Of a stretch of 44,453 nucleotides of DNA, positions 1 to 9,560 are shown piece after piece. This DNA is from an uncultured Candidatus Saccharibacteria bacterium (GTDB lineage: Bacteria > Patescibacteriota > Minisyncoccia > UBA6257 > JACOXY01): the NCBI GenBank assembly GCA_964357615.1, contig CAYHMC010000010.1:1-44453 (forward strand), written 5' to 3'. The notes beneath the pieces were generated by a model that was not told where the DNA came from, did not search any database, and saw only the letters and a list, made by a program, of their open reading frames with translations. Numbering within the stretch: the stretch's first letter is position 1; each line of letters begins with the position of its first letter. The position numbers and the translations under genes were made by a program.

Positions 1-359
1 CAAGAAATGACAAAGACTATTCTAAAGGAATGAGTAAAAAAATGAAGCGAGTTGCTTTGGCATCAGCACTTTCTGAATATGTCAGAAAGGGAAAGTTAAA
101 GGTTATAGATTCTTTAAAAGTTGATGAACCAAAAACTCGTGAGGCACAAAGAATTCTCATTAATTTTTTTGGTCCCAAAAAACGACCAAGTGTTCTTATG
201 ATTCCATCAAGAAATGAGAAAAATATGGTTCAGGCATCGCGCAATCTTCCAAAAACTGAAGTGGCTTCAAGTGATGCACTAAATACTTATAATTTAATGC
301 AACATACAACAGTTTTAATTGATAAAGAAGCAATTGCAGAAATCGCTAAATTCTATTAA
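1..359 (+). CDS. rplD: 50S ribosomal protein L4, C-terminal part (5' end lies outside the window)
   Basis: ORF 30..359 continues in frame to the window edge. The C-terminal motif (ASSDALNTYNLMQHTTVLIDKEAIAEI) and its position just upstream of rplW are typical of uL4. Confidence 0.8.
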   Translation, partial: RNDKDYSKGMSKKMKRVALASALSEYVRKGKLKVIDSLKVDEPKTREAQRILINFFGPKKRPSVLMIPSRNEKNMVQASRNLPKTEVASSDALNTYNLMQHTTVLIDKEAIAEIAKFY

Positions 360-381
360 AATATATTGCTAATTTATAACC

Positions 382-666
382 ATGGAAAAATTTATTATAA
401 AAAATCCAATAATTACTGAAAAAGCTGGTTTCGCAAGTCATATTAATAAATATATTTTTAAGGTTGCAAAAAATGCATCAAGCGCAGAAATTCGAAAAGC
501 CGTAAATGATATATATAAAGTCCATGTTGTTAAAATTAATATTATAAATATTAAAGCAAAGCATGGATATTTTAGGGGGGTGCCAAATTCACTTAAAAAA
601 CAAGGTTTTAAAAAAGCCGTTGTAACAATTAAAGAGGGTGAAACTATAGATGTAATAGCTAAGTAA
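382..666 (+). CDS. rplW: 50S ribosomal protein L23
   Basis: 94 aa with a uL23-like sequence, placed between rplD and rplB. Confidence 0.85.
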   Translation: MEKFIIKNPIITEKAGFASHINKYIFKVAKNASSAEIRKAVNDIYKVHVVKINIINIKAKHGYFRGVPNSLKKQGFKKAVVTIKEGETIDVIAK

Positions 667-667
667 T

Positions 668-1489
668 ATGAAAACGTATAAACCAACAAGTCCGGGCATA
701 CGCCAAAAAACCACAGTAGATTTGAGCGAACTTTCCAAGTTGCCTCCAATGAGGTCAAAATTGAAGCGCCTTAAATCAAGGTCTGGAAGAAATAGTGCAG
801 GACGAATCACTGTGCGTCATCAAGGTGGAGGTCACAAAAAACTTTATCGTATGGTGGATTTTAAGCAGATGAAATTAGATGTACCAGGAAAAATTGAGGG
901 TATAGAATATGATCCATATCGCGCAGGATTTATTGCGAGAGTTTTATATAAAGATGGTAGTAGGGATTATATTTTGGCTGGCGAAGGCATGAAAGAAGAT
1001 GATGTTATAATTGCGTCAGAGAAAGCAGAACTTAAAAAAGGAAATAGATTACGCTTAAAAAATATTCCAGTAGGTACAGAGGTTTATAATGTTGAATTGG
1101 AACCAAATAACGGTGGTAAAATTGTAAGGTCTGCAGGTTCACGAGCAATTGTTTTAGCTCAAGAAGAGGGATATACAAATTTGCAGATGCCATCAAAGGA
1201 AGTCAGAAGAATTCTTTGGAATTGTTTTGCTACTATTGGTCAGGTTTCGAATGCTGAGCATTTACTTACGAATTTTGGTAAAGCAGGAAGGTCTAGGTGG
1301 CTTGGTATTAGGCCTACAGTTCGCGGTACTGCTATGAATCCAGTTGACCATCCATATGGAGGAGGAGAAGGTGTTCAGCCAAGAGGAACCAGAAAACCTA
1401 AGACTATGTGGGGTAAAGTTACTGGAGGAAGAAAAACAAGAAATAAGAAAAAGTGGTCGAAGAAGTTAATAGTTAAAAGAAGAAAATAA
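668..1489 (+). CDS. rplB: 50S ribosomal protein L2
   Basis: 273 aa with the conserved uL2 core ([19 protein letters not shown] ... HPYGGGEG). Confidence 0.95.
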   Translation: MKTYKPTSPGIRQKTTVDLSELSKLPPMRSKLKRLKSRSGRNSAGRITVRHQGGGHKKLYRMVDFKQMKLDVPGKIEGIEYDPYRAGFIARVLYKDGSRDYILAGEGMKEDDVIIASEKAELKKGNRLRLKNIPVGTEVYNVELEPNNGGKIVRSAGSRAIVLAQEEGYTNLQMPSKEVRRILWNCFATIGQVSNAEHLLTNFGKAGRSRWLGIRPTVRGTAMNPVDHPYGGGEGVQPRGTRKPKTMWGKVTGGRKTRNKKKWSKKLIVKRRK

Positions 1490-1490
1490 A

Positions 1491-1799
1491 ATGTCACGAT
1501 CATCAAAAAAACAACCATTTATAGACGAAAAACTTCTTAAAAAAGTTTTAGCAGCTAAAGCAATAAAATCACAAGAACCAATTAAAACTTGGTCGCGTGA
1601 TAGTGAAATTTCACCTGAAATGGTAGGCATAGTTTTTGCCGTTCATAATGGAAAGGATTTTATTACTGTTAGAGTAAACGAAGATATGATTGGTCACAGG
1701 CTTGGTGAATTTTCACTTACAAGAAAATTTACTAGACATGGAGGTAAGTTACAAAAAGCAGTTGAAGAAGGTACAACAAAACCAGCTACAGCTAAATAA
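1491..1799 (+). CDS. rpsS: 30S ribosomal protein S19
   Basis: uS19 motifs ([20 protein letters not shown]); its start is 2 nt after the rplB stop. Confidence 0.95.
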   Translation: MSRSSKKQPFIDEKLLKKVLAAKAIKSQEPIKTWSRDSEISPEMVGIVFAVHNGKDFITVRVNEDMIGHRLGEFSLTRKFTRHGGKLQKAVEEGTTKPATAK

Positions 1800-1814
1800 A
1801 AATTTAATTATAAA

Positions 1815-2330
1815 ATGGCACAACAAATTGCAAAACTAAATTATTTAAAGATGGCACCACGCAAAGTGAGGCTTCTTGCAAGTGCCCTAAAGGGTCTTTC
1901 TGCAAATGAGGCTGAAGCATATCTCTTGATGCAATCTCGTAGACCAGCAAAAGCACTTTTAAAACTTTTAAGAAGTGCAGTTTCTAACATAAAAAACAAC
2001 CAAAAGCTTGACACCACTAATTTTTATGTGCAAAGTATACGAGTTGATGGTGGTCCAATGCTTAAACGTAGTTTGCCTCGTGCTCGAGGTACGGCTTCTC
2101 CTATTCAAAAGAAGATGAGCCATGTTATTTTAGTACTAGAAGAATCATTAAAGCCTAAAAAGAATCGCTTTCAAATTGTTATTCCAAAAAAGATAAAAGA
2201 TAAAGATTTGAGGGATAAACCAAAATCAAAGAAAATTGAATCAATTGATAAAGAGAAAGAGTCGAAAGAGCAAGCAAAAGAAAAGCCTGGCTTTACAAAG
2301 AAGTCATTCTTTAGAAGAAAATCAATTTAG
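1815..2330 (+). CDS. rplV: 50S ribosomal protein L22 with a lysine-rich C-terminal extension
   Basis: The N-terminal 110 aa are uL22-like (MAPRKVRLLASALKGLSANEAEAYL). The last ~60 aa form a K/E-rich tail. Confidence 0.85.
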   Translation: MAQQIAKLNYLKMAPRKVRLLASALKGLSANEAEAYLLMQSRRPAKALLKLLRSAVSNIKNNQKLDTTNFYVQSIRVDGGPMLKRSLPRARGTASPIQKKMSHVILVLEESLKPKKNRFQIVIPKKIKDKDLRDKPKSKKIESIDKEKESKEQAKEKPGFTKKSFFRRKSI

Positions 2331-2343
2331 TTATTAAATTTGT

Positions 2344-3126
2344 ATGGGACATAAAATAAATCCAAATTCATATCGTTTAGGAATAAATAAACCATGGCAA
2401 TCACGATGGTTCTTTCGAAAGAATTTCCGAGAATTTTTAGAGCAGGATGAAATAATTCGTAAAGCAATTTATGAAAAAATTGCAACAGCAGGAGTTGTTG
2501 GCATTGATATCGAAAGAACATCTGGAAAATGTAGAGTAACAATTAGAGCTGCAAAACCAGGAATTGTAATTGGAAGAGGCGGAAAGGGAATCGAAGAATT
2601 GCGTGATAAAATAAATCACTTAGTTGTTTCCTCGCTAAAGAAAAGAAGGGTGAAAATTGAAAAATTAGATGGTGTTTCTTTGGCGATTGAAGAACTAAAA
2701 CGGTCAGAGGTTTCGGCTTCATATATTGCTCAACAGATTGGATGGGATATGGAACGCCGATTACCATGGAGGAGAGCAGTTAAAAAATATCTTGAGCAAA
2801 TAATGCAAAATAGAGATGTTAAGGGCGCAAAAATAAAAGTTGGTGGACGACTTGATGGAGCTGAAATTGCTCGCAAGGAATGGCTGGCCAAAGGTAGCTT
2901 ACCTCTTCAAACACTTAGGGCTAATATTGATTACGGAACTGCAACTGCTTTTACTACTTATGGAACAGTAGGAATTAAAGTTTGGGTGTACAAAGGAGAA
3001 GTATTTTTAGAAAAAAATGAGTCAACTGCTGATAAGAAATCAACTAAGGATTCTGAATTTAAATCGGCGCACAATAAATCAATGAATAATTCGGATGAAA
3101 TTAATTCAGTGAAAGAAGCAGTTTAA
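2344..3126 (+). CDS. rpsC: 30S ribosomal protein S3 with a C-terminal extension
   Basis: uS3 N-terminus (GHKINPNSYRLGINKPWQSRWF) with KH-like and S3-C regions, followed by a ~45 aa S/K/N-rich tail. Confidence 0.9.
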   Translation: MGHKINPNSYRLGINKPWQSRWFFRKNFREFLEQDEIIRKAIYEKIATAGVVGIDIERTSGKCRVTIRAAKPGIVIGRGGKGIEELRDKINHLVVSSLKKRRVKIEKLDGVSLAIEELKRSEVSASYIAQQIGWDMERRLPWRRAVKKYLEQIMQNRDVKGAKIKVGGRLDGAEIARKEWLAKGSLPLQTLRANIDYGTATAFTTYGTVGIKVWVYKGEVFLEKNESTADKKSTKDSEFKSAHNKSMNNSDEINSVKEAV

Positions 3127-3138
3127 AGTAAATATTTT

Positions 3139-3549
3139 ATGTTAATTCCAAAAAAAGTAAAACATCGAAAATGGCATAAAGGTAGGTCTAGAGATAGACT
3201 TGTTGAAACACGCGGAACAACGCTTTCTTTTGGATCGTTTGGTTTAAAAGCACTTGAGCCTGGATGGCTTAATTCTCGTCAAATTGAAGCAGCTAGAAAA
3301 ACAATAACAGGCTTTATAAAACGAGAGGGTAGAGTGTGGATTAGAATTTTTCCAGATAAACCAATAACCAAACAAGCACCAGAAAAAACCTTAGGTGGTG
3401 GTAAAGGTAATGTTGATCACTATGTTTTCGTGGTGCGACCAGGTAGAGTTTTATTTGAGATGGATGGAGTGGATAAAATAGTAGCAACCGAAGCATTGCG
3501 ATTAGCTGGTCATAAATTGCCGGTAAAAACCAAAATGGTAACCAAGTAA
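3139..3549 (+). CDS. rplP: 50S ribosomal protein L16
   Basis: uL16 motifs ([16 protein letters not shown] ... [11 protein letters not shown]). Confidence 0.95.
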   Translation: MLIPKKVKHRKWHKGRSRDRLVETRGTTLSFGSFGLKALEPGWLNSRQIEAARKTITGFIKREGRVWIRIFPDKPITKQAPEKTLGGGKGNVDHYVFVVRPGRVLFEMDGVDKIVATEALRLAGHKLPVKTKMVTK

Positions 3550-3558
3550 GATATCTAT

Positions 3559-3756
3559 ATGAAAAATAATGAATTTAAAGAATTAAAAAATCACAACATT
3601 GAAGACTTAAGAAAAAAATTGATTGAAAATCGACTCCAGTTGCAGTCTTTGAGGTTTGATTTGGCGGCTGGGAAAATTAAAAATGTTTCAATGATTCATA
3701 AGACCAGAAAAAGTATAGCTAGAATTTTAACGATAATTAACACAAAACAATCCTAA
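3559..3756 (+). CDS. rpmC: 50S ribosomal protein L29
   Basis: 65 aa, sits between rplP and rpsQ, with uL29-like helical sequence. Confidence 0.85.
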   Translation: MKNNEFKELKNHNIEDLRKKLIENRLQLQSLRFDLAAGKIKNVSMIHKTRKSIARILTIINTKQS

Positions 3757-3765
3757 TTCATATTT

Positions 3766-4047
3766 ATGGAATTAAATACAAATAAAACTAAAAAATCAAG
3801 AAAATTAGAGGGCGTCGTAGTTTCTCATAAAATGAATAAAACACGAACGGTTATTGTTAGTTGGTTTAAAAAGCATCCCAAATATCATAAATACTACAAG
3901 CAGAGTACTAAATTTAAAGCCCACGATGAGAACAATGAATACAAAGAAGGTGATAAGGTTGTAATTGCAGAAACAAGACCACTTAGCAAAGATAAAAGGT
4001 GGATTATTATTGAAAAATTAGAAAATACTAAAGTTACTACTAAATAA
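3766..4047 (+). CDS. rpsQ: 30S ribosomal protein S17
   Basis: uS17 OB-fold motifs ([16 protein letters not shown] ... [18 protein letters not shown]). Confidence 0.9.
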   Translation: MELNTNKTKKSRKLEGVVVSHKMNKTRTVIVSWFKKHPKYHKYYKQSTKFKAHDENNEYKEGDKVVIAETRPLSKDKRWIIIEKLENTKVTTK

Positions 4048-4052
4048 ATTAT

Positions 4053-4421
4053 ATGATACAAGAACGATCCATACTTAAAGTTGCTGATAATTCTGGCGCA
4101 AAAATTGTGCGTTGTTTTCGTGTGCTTGGTGGGTCTAAGAGGCGATATGCAGAAATGGGTGATATTGTAGTGGCGTCTGTTCAGGTTGCTGAGCCAAGAA
4201 AAACTCTGAAGAAGAAAGATATTGTGAAGGCGCTAATTGTTAGACAGCGAAAACCAATTCGAAGAAAAGACGGCTCTTATATTCGTTTCGATGAGAATGC
4301 TGTAATTATTGTAGATGCCAAAAAAGAACCAATCGCAACAAGAGTATTTGGACCAATACCAAGAGAATTAAAAGATCTTGGATATGAAAAATTAATGAGT
4401 CTTGCAGAAGAGGTTGTATAA
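4053..4421 (+). CDS. rplN: 50S ribosomal protein L14
   Basis: MIQERSILKVADNSGAK ... highly conserved uL14. Confidence 0.95.
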   Translation: MIQERSILKVADNSGAKIVRCFRVLGGSKRRYAEMGDIVVASVQVAEPRKTLKKKDIVKALIVRQRKPIRRKDGSYIRFDENAVIIVDAKKEPIATRVFGPIPRELKDLGYEKLMSLAEEVV

Positions 4422-4446
4422 ATAATTTAAACAATAATAGATAAAC

Positions 4447-4758
4447 ATGATTACCCATTTAAAAAAAGGAGACACAGTAAAAATAATTACAGGAAAAGAT
4501 CGTGGTAAAACAGGAAAGGTATTAAAGGTTTTTGGAGAAAAATCACTTGTTTCTGTTGATGGCGTAAATGTTTACAAAAAACATGTTAAACCCAAAAAAC
4601 AAGGGGAGAAGGGCGAAGTTATTAATTTATCAAGACCACTTAAAGCATCAAATGCTCAACTAGTGTGCCCATCTTGTTCTAAGTCGGTTAGAATTGGATT
4701 TAGATTAGAAGGAGAAAAGAAAGTTAGATATTGTAAGAAATGTAATGCCAGTATCTAA
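4447..4758 (+). CDS. rplX: 50S ribosomal protein L24 (KOW domain) with a C-terminal CxxC...CxxC zinc-ribbon-like extension
   Basis: KOW motif (KKGDTVKIITGKDRGKTGKV), then CPSC ... CKKC in the last 30 aa. Confidence 0.85.
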   Translation: MITHLKKGDTVKIITGKDRGKTGKVLKVFGEKSLVSVDGVNVYKKHVKPKKQGEKGEVINLSRPLKASNAQLVCPSCSKSVRIGFRLEGEKKVRYCKKCNASI

Positions 4759-4772
4759 TTCAATTTCAATAA

Positions 4773-5303
4773 ATGATTTTTATGAAAAATATAAAGATAA
4801 ATAAAATTGTAATAAATGTAGGAGTAGGAAAACTTAGTCAGTTGCCTAATTTTAATGATAAAATTTTGCCTACAATAACTGCTGAGTTGTCTCGTATTTC
4901 TGGTCAAAAACCAAAAACAACAACCTCAAAAAAATCTATTGCAGGTTTTAAATCTCGCGTTGGTCAAATAATTGGCATAGTGATTACTCTTCGTGGCAAG
5001 AGAGCAATTGATTTTGCAAGCAGGCTTACAATTACAGCCTTGCCTCGTGTAAAAGATTTTAGGGGGCTCAATATTGAAAATGTTGATAAAAACGGGAGTT
5101 TGAATATTGGTATTAGAGAGCATGTAGTTTTTCCAGAAATTAAGGCTGAAGATTCACCGTATAATTTTGGTTTGCAAGTTACAATCGTGTTGTCTGGAAC
5201 TACGGATCGAAATGAAGCAATAGAATATTATCGAAAGATTGGCATTCCATTAAAAAAACATGAAATTAATATTAAGGGTGGAAAACATAAAAAAGCCAAG
5301 TAA
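4773..5303 (+). CDS. rplE: 50S ribosomal protein L5
   Basis: uL5-like sequence in the expected position; the true start may be the ATG at 4782. Confidence 0.9.
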   Translation: MIFMKNIKINKIVINVGVGKLSQLPNFNDKILPTITAELSRISGQKPKTTTSKKSIAGFKSRVGQIIGIVITLRGKRAIDFASRLTITALPRVKDFRGLNIENVDKNGSLNIGIREHVVFPEIKAEDSPYNFGLQVTIVLSGTTDRNEAIEYYRKIGIPLKKHEINIKGGKHKKAK

Positions 5304-5358
5304 ATATTGATTTTTTCTAATATTTGGGTTATAAGTTAGTGACTATAAATTATTCTAT

Positions 5359-5544
5359 ATGGCAAAACAATCTGTTATAGCGCGAGCACAAAAGGTACCA
5401 AAATTTTCATCACGAATAGTGAGGCGTTGTTTTCGCTGTGGTAGAAAGCATGGATATATAAGAGATTTCGGATTGTGTCGTATTTGTTTCCGTGAGATGG
5501 CATCAAATGGACAGATTCCAGGAGTAAAAAAATCGAGTTGGTAA
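5359..5544 (+). CDS. rpsZ: 30S ribosomal protein S14, zinc-binding type Z
   Basis: 61 aa with CFRCGRKHG ... CRICFRE, the Cys4 pattern of short-type uS14. Confidence 0.9.
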   Translation: MAKQSVIARAQKVPKFSSRIVRRCFRCGRKHGYIRDFGLCRICFREMASNGQIPGVKKSSW

Positions 5545-5567
5545 TTAAGTTAAAATAAATTATTTAA

Positions 5568-5942
5568 ATGTACACAGATTTACTTATTAGAATTAAAAAT
5601 GCAGAGGCAGCAAAAAAACCTTCTTTGAAGGCTCCTTATAATCAGCTTGATTATTCGGTTGCTTCTGTGCTTGCAAAACATCACTTTATTAAGCAAGTAG
5701 AGAAGAAAGGCAGGGGACCAAAGCGAGTAATGGAAATTACTTTAAGTACTAATAAGCGTCAAATCGATGGCATAAAGTTTATAAGTAAACCATCAAGAAG
5801 AATTTATTCTGGTTATAAAGATTTTACTTCAGTTAGGCGTGGTTTTGGAATTGCAATAATATCAACACCGATGGGAATTATTGATAGTAAAGAAGCTAGA
5901 AAAAATAAAGTTGGAGGAGAGGTATTATTTGAAATTTGGTAA
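5568..5942 (+). CDS. rpsH: 30S ribosomal protein S8
   Basis: MYTDLLIRIKNA ... uS8 signature. Confidence 0.9.
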   Translation: MYTDLLIRIKNAEAAKKPSLKAPYNQLDYSVASVLAKHHFIKQVEKKGRGPKRVMEITLSTNKRQIDGIKFISKPSRRIYSGYKDFTSVRRGFGIAIISTPMGIIDSKEARKNKVGGEVLFEIW

Positions 5943-5949
5943 AATTATT

Positions 5950-6495
5950 ATGTCAAAAATAGGTAAACAACAAATTAAAATACCAGAAGGGGTAACAATT
6001 AGTCTTAATGATGATGTTATTTCTGTTACGGGACCAAAGGGTAGTCAAGACACTCCAGTTTTAAAGTATGTGGATTTTAAAATAACTGATGGAGTTTGCA
6101 TTGCAACAATTAATACAGAAAGCAAGCAGGCGAGCGCTAATTGGGGAACAACAATCTCGCTTCTTCAGAATGCAATTTTAGGTGTAACCGAAGGCTATTT
6201 AAAAATTTTAGAAATAGAAGGCGTTGGTTATAGAGCTGCGCTCGATGGCAAAGATTTAATGTTAAATGTCGGATATTCTCATCAGGTTCGTTTTACCCCC
6301 CCAGAGGGAATTACGATTGTAGTAGAAAAAAATGTTATCAAAGTAAGTGGTATTAATAAATATTTAGTAGGAGAATCAGCCGCTGGTATTAGAGCTATAA
6401 AAAAACCAGAACCATACAAAGGTAAGGGAATACACTATCGGGGTGAGGTTATTGTTCGCAAGGCCGGTAAGAAAGTTGCTGGTACAACATCTTAA
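5950..6495 (+). CDS. rplF: 50S ribosomal protein L6
   Basis: The tracked ORF starts at 5881 but overlaps rpsH. The in-frame ATG at 5950 (MSKIGKQQIKIPEGV) lies 8 nt after the rpsH stop and is the typical uL6 start. Confidence 0.9.
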   Translation: MSKIGKQQIKIPEGVTISLNDDVISVTGPKGSQDTPVLKYVDFKITDGVCIATINTESKQASANWGTTISLLQNAILGVTEGYLKILEIEGVGYRAALDGKDLMLNVGYSHQVRFTPPEGITIVVEKNVIKVSGINKYLVGESAAGIRAIKKPEPYKGKGIHYRGEVIVRKAGKKVAGTTS

Positions 6496-6517
6496 TTTTA
6501 TAAAATAATTTTTATAT

Positions 6518-6880
6518 ATGTTAACTAAGAAAATAAATAAAATAAGAATATTGCGCAAAGCTAGATCAAGGTCTAGAATTTTTGGCACAGCAGAATTGCC
6601 AAGACTATCAGTTTTTAGAAGCAACAAATATATATCAGCTCAACTTATTAATGATCTAAATGGAAAGACACTTGTTTCAGCAACATCTTTTAAGTTTAAG
6701 AAAGAGAAGAGCAAGGCAATTAAGAAAAGCGATTCCGCGTTTTTAATTGGAGAGGAAGTTGCTAGTAAGGCGAAATCAGCTGGCATTACAGGTGCAGTTT
6801 TTGATAGAGGTAGTTATAAATATCATGGTCGTGTTAAAGCAGTTTGCGAAGGAGCAAGAAAAGGTGGACTAAAGATATAA
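6518..6880 (+). CDS. rplR: 50S ribosomal protein L18
   Basis: uL18 N-terminal R-rich motif and GxxGxxFDRG C-terminus. Confidence 0.9.
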   Translation: MLTKKINKIRILRKARSRSRIFGTAELPRLSVFRSNKYISAQLINDLNGKTLVSATSFKFKKEKSKAIKKSDSAFLIGEEVASKAKSAGITGAVFDRGSYKYHGRVKAVCEGARKGGLKI

Positions 6881-6919
6881 ACGACAACTGATTTTTAAAA
6901 GAAGCGAATTAATAAATTT

Positions 6920-7480
6920 ATGGAACAACATCAACAAAATAAAAGAGGTCAAAGAAATCAACCCCGAAATGATAGGCGTCGTGGTAAAAATGATTACATC
7001 ACAAAGGATGCATTTAAAGAGCAGGTGCTTGATTTAAGGCGCGTTACGCGTGTTGTGGCGGGTGGAAAGCGTTTTCGTTTTAGAACAACGGTGGTTATTG
7101 GTGATGGCTTAGGGACTGTTGGTGTTGGCGTCGCAAAGGGAGCAGATGTTCAGCAATCAATTGGAAAAGCCAAAGAAGATGCAAAAAAGAACTTGATAAA
7201 AATTCCCTTGAAGGGCTCTACGATACCTCATGATGTTCAAGCAAAATACAGCGCAGCTAGAGTTTTAATTAGACCCGCACCAAAAGGTAATGGATTAAAA
7301 GCTGGTGGAGCCGCCAGAGTTGTGCTTTCTTTAGTTGGAGTTAAGGATGCCACTGCAAAGTGTCTCGGTAGAACAAAGAATAAACTTACAAATGCAATGG
7401 CCACTATTGAAGCTCTAAAACAACTAAGGTCAAGAGATAGAAATATTAATGTGGAGGGGTCAAAAAAGGTAAATAACTAA
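6920..7480 (+). CDS. rpsE: 30S ribosomal protein S5
   Basis: uS5 dsRBD (VLDLRRVTRVVAGGKRFRFR) and C-terminal domain. Confidence 0.9.
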   Translation: MEQHQQNKRGQRNQPRNDRRRGKNDYITKDAFKEQVLDLRRVTRVVAGGKRFRFRTTVVIGDGLGTVGVGVAKGADVQQSIGKAKEDAKKNLIKIPLKGSTIPHDVQAKYSAARVLIRPAPKGNGLKAGGAARVVLSLVGVKDATAKCLGRTKNKLTNAMATIEALKQLRSRDRNINVEGSKKVNN

Positions 7481-7488
7481 TTTTTTAT

Positions 7489-7905
7489 ATGCATAATTTA
7501 CTTAAACCAAGAACAAAACTTAGGTCAAAAAAACGAATTGGAAGAGGAGGAAAGCGTGGTACAACTTCTGGACGAGGACAAAAGGGTCAAAAATCTCGTT
7601 CTGGTCACAAAATGAGGCCTGCTTTTAGAGATACATTGATAAGCATTCCAAAGTTAAAGGGTTTTAGAAACAAACCGCTTTCTAAAAAGTCTCAAGTTAT
7701 TTCTCTTGATGTTTTGGCAAATTTAAAAATTAATGATATTACGCTTCAATCTTTGGTTGAAGTTGGTCTTATTAAAAAAAGCCATGGTGGCGCTGTTAAA
7801 ATATTGGGAAATGGCAAGATTAATAGACCCATAACTATACATAAAATTACTATTTCAAAGTCAGCTAAAGAAAAAATTGAAAAAGCTGGCGGAAAGGTGT
7901 TATAA
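7489..7905 (+). CDS. rplO: 50S ribosomal protein L15
   Basis: uL15 G/R-rich N-terminus. It starts 8 nt after rpsE, so there is no room for an L30 gene. Confidence 0.9.
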   Translation: MHNLLKPRTKLRSKKRIGRGGKRGTTSGRGQKGQKSRSGHKMRPAFRDTLISIPKLKGFRNKPLSKKSQVISLDVLANLKINDITLQSLVEVGLIKKSHGGAVKILGNGKINRPITIHKITISKSAKEKIEKAGGKVL

Positions 7906-8001
7906 TATTGTTGCTGAAAAAGGATTTGTAGTTGATATATAAATTAATCACTAAAATTAATTGCTTGGGCGTTCTTACACCCTGCTTCATATGGGATGTA
8001 T

Positions 8002-8119
8002 CCCGTTAGAAATCGCGGACGCATATAAAAGTTTATGATAAATAAAAAAAATTTGCCAAATATATTTAAAACAATAGCTCGCATAACGCTTTCTGCGTCT
8101 GCGTCCTATTTCTAATGGG
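8002..8119 (+). mobile_element. MITE-like palindromic element, copy A. Terminal inverted repeats are CCCGTTAGAAAT / ATTTCTAATGGG. It is flanked by ATGTAT / ATGAAT, and the 3' copy is the secY start codon.
   Basis: Inverted termini plus an extended imperfect stem (CGCGGACGC / GCGTCTGCG). It is homologous end to end with copy C and shares termini with copies B and D. Confidence 0.45.
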
Positions 8120-9415
8120 ATGAATAAAATATTGAATCTTTTTAGAATTCCAGATATTCGCAAAAAATTATTTATAGTTTTGGGCTTACTTATTGTTTTT
8201 CGTCTTTTTGCCTCTATTCCGATTCCTGGAGTAAATTCAGAAGCATTGACTGCATTTTTCGGTAGCAGTCAGCTTTTAAGTTTCATAAATGTTTTGTCTG
8301 GAGGCGGACTTACTAATTTATCTATCGCAATGTTGGGCGTTGGTCCTTATATAACTGCCACTATCATAATGCAACTCCTTACGATGATTTTTCCAAATTT
8401 GAAGAAACTTTATTATGAAGAAGGTGAGCAAGGAAGAGCCAAGTTTAATCGTATATCAAGGTATATAACTGTTCCTCTAGCATTCATTCAGGGATTCGCA
8501 TTTTTAAACCTTTTGATGTCAGAGAATGTTATTCCTCAGTTAGATAAGTTTTCATTTGAAATGATTTCTAACATTATAATTATTACTGCCGGAACTTTGA
8601 TTTTGGTCTGGATTGGAGAACTAATAACCGAACAGAAAATGGGCAATGGTATTTCTTTAATTATTTTCGCCGGTATTATTTCTAGTCTTCCACAATTTAT
8701 AGCTCAGGAAGCTTATAAATACATTGGACCTACTGCAACAACTACAGATTTGCCGACCCACCTTGCATATTTAGCTGTAGGATTAATTGTTATAGCTGGT
8801 GTTGTGTTTATTCAGCAGGGAGAAAGAAAAATTCCAGTTTCTTATGCTCGTAGAGTTAGAGGAAATAAAATATATGGTGGAGTTGCTTCTTATCTTCCGC
8901 TTAAAGTAAATCAAGCTGGAGTTATACCGATAATTTTTGCAATTTCGCTTCTTCTATTCCCACAATTTTTTGCACAAATTATAGCTTCCTTAATTTCTCC
9001 AGAACTTGGAACAAAAGTTGCAGAAACATTAAGCAGGTTTATGTCAAACCAATTGTACTACGGAATTGCATATTTTGTTTTGGTTGTAGCTTTTACATAT
9101 TTCTACACAGCCGTAACATTTGATCCTAAAGAAATCTCTAAAAATCTTCAAAAAAGCGGAGGTTTTATACCTGGAATTAGACCTGGAGAATCTACTGGTC
9201 AGTTTCTTGCTAAAATCATCAATAGAATAACTTTATTTGGTGCATTGTTTTTGGGTGCAATCGCGGTTTTACCAAATGTAGTTCAGGCAATAACTGGGTC
9301 TACTCAGTTAAGTATCGGCGGAACTTCTCTTTTGATTGTTGTTTCGGTTGCGCTTGAAACCATGAATCAAATTGATTCTCAGCTTACTATTCGTGAGTAT
9401 GAAGGTATTAGTTAA
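8120..9415 (+). CDS. secY: Preprotein translocase subunit SecY
   Basis: 431 aa, 10 predicted TM segments, typical SecY N-terminus and position after rplO. Confidence 0.95.
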   Translation: MNKILNLFRIPDIRKKLFIVLGLLIVFRLFASIPIPGVNSEALTAFFGSSQLLSFINVLSGGGLTNLSIAMLGVGPYITATIIMQLLTMIFPNLKKLYYEEGEQGRAKFNRISRYITVPLAFIQGFAFLNLLMSENVIPQLDKFSFEMISNIIIITAGTLILVWIGELITEQKMGNGISLIIFAGIISSLPQFIAQEAYKYIGPTATTTDLPTHLAYLAVGLIVIAGVVFIQQGERKIPVSYARRVRGNKIYGGVASYLPLKVNQAGVIPIIFAISLLLFPQFFAQIIASLISPELGTKVAETLSRFMSNQLYYGIAYFVLVVAFTYFYTAVTFDPKEISKNLQKSGGFIPGIRPGESTGQFLAKIINRITLFGALFLGAIAVLPNVVQAITGSTQLSIGGTSLLIVVSVALETMNQIDSQLTIREYEGIS

Positions 9416-9457
9416 TCGACCTAAGGTTCTTTAGTTGATATAATTATAAAGATGAAT

Positions 9458-9560
9458 CCCGTTAGAAATTATTGTTGTTTCTTGCGGAGATTATATGTAT
9501 TAATTACAAACTAACTAAGCAAGCTTGAATTTTCAGTTATTTGAGTTTGCTTCTAATGGG
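9458..9560 (+). mobile_element. MITE-like element, copy B. TIRs are CCCGTTAGAAAT / GCTTCTAATGGG, with perfect 6-bp direct repeats ATGAAT on both sides; the 3' repeat is the adk start codon.
   Basis: Same termini as copies A, C and D; the interior differs. Confidence 0.45.

Noticed and set aside
438-810. Minus-strand ORFs inside rplW/rplB, and similar ones inside S3, L5, L6, adk, copA, P450, MVP and P-type ATPase genes
   Set aside because: They overlap well-conserved genes on the opposite strand. They are AT-rich and low-complexity with no supporting signals.
9525-9560. Upstream in-frame ATGs extending adk (9525), rplF (5881) and the bPH_2 gene (12535)
   Set aside because: These extensions would run into the preceding gene or the MITE-like repeat. 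The downstream ATGs give canonical N-termini.
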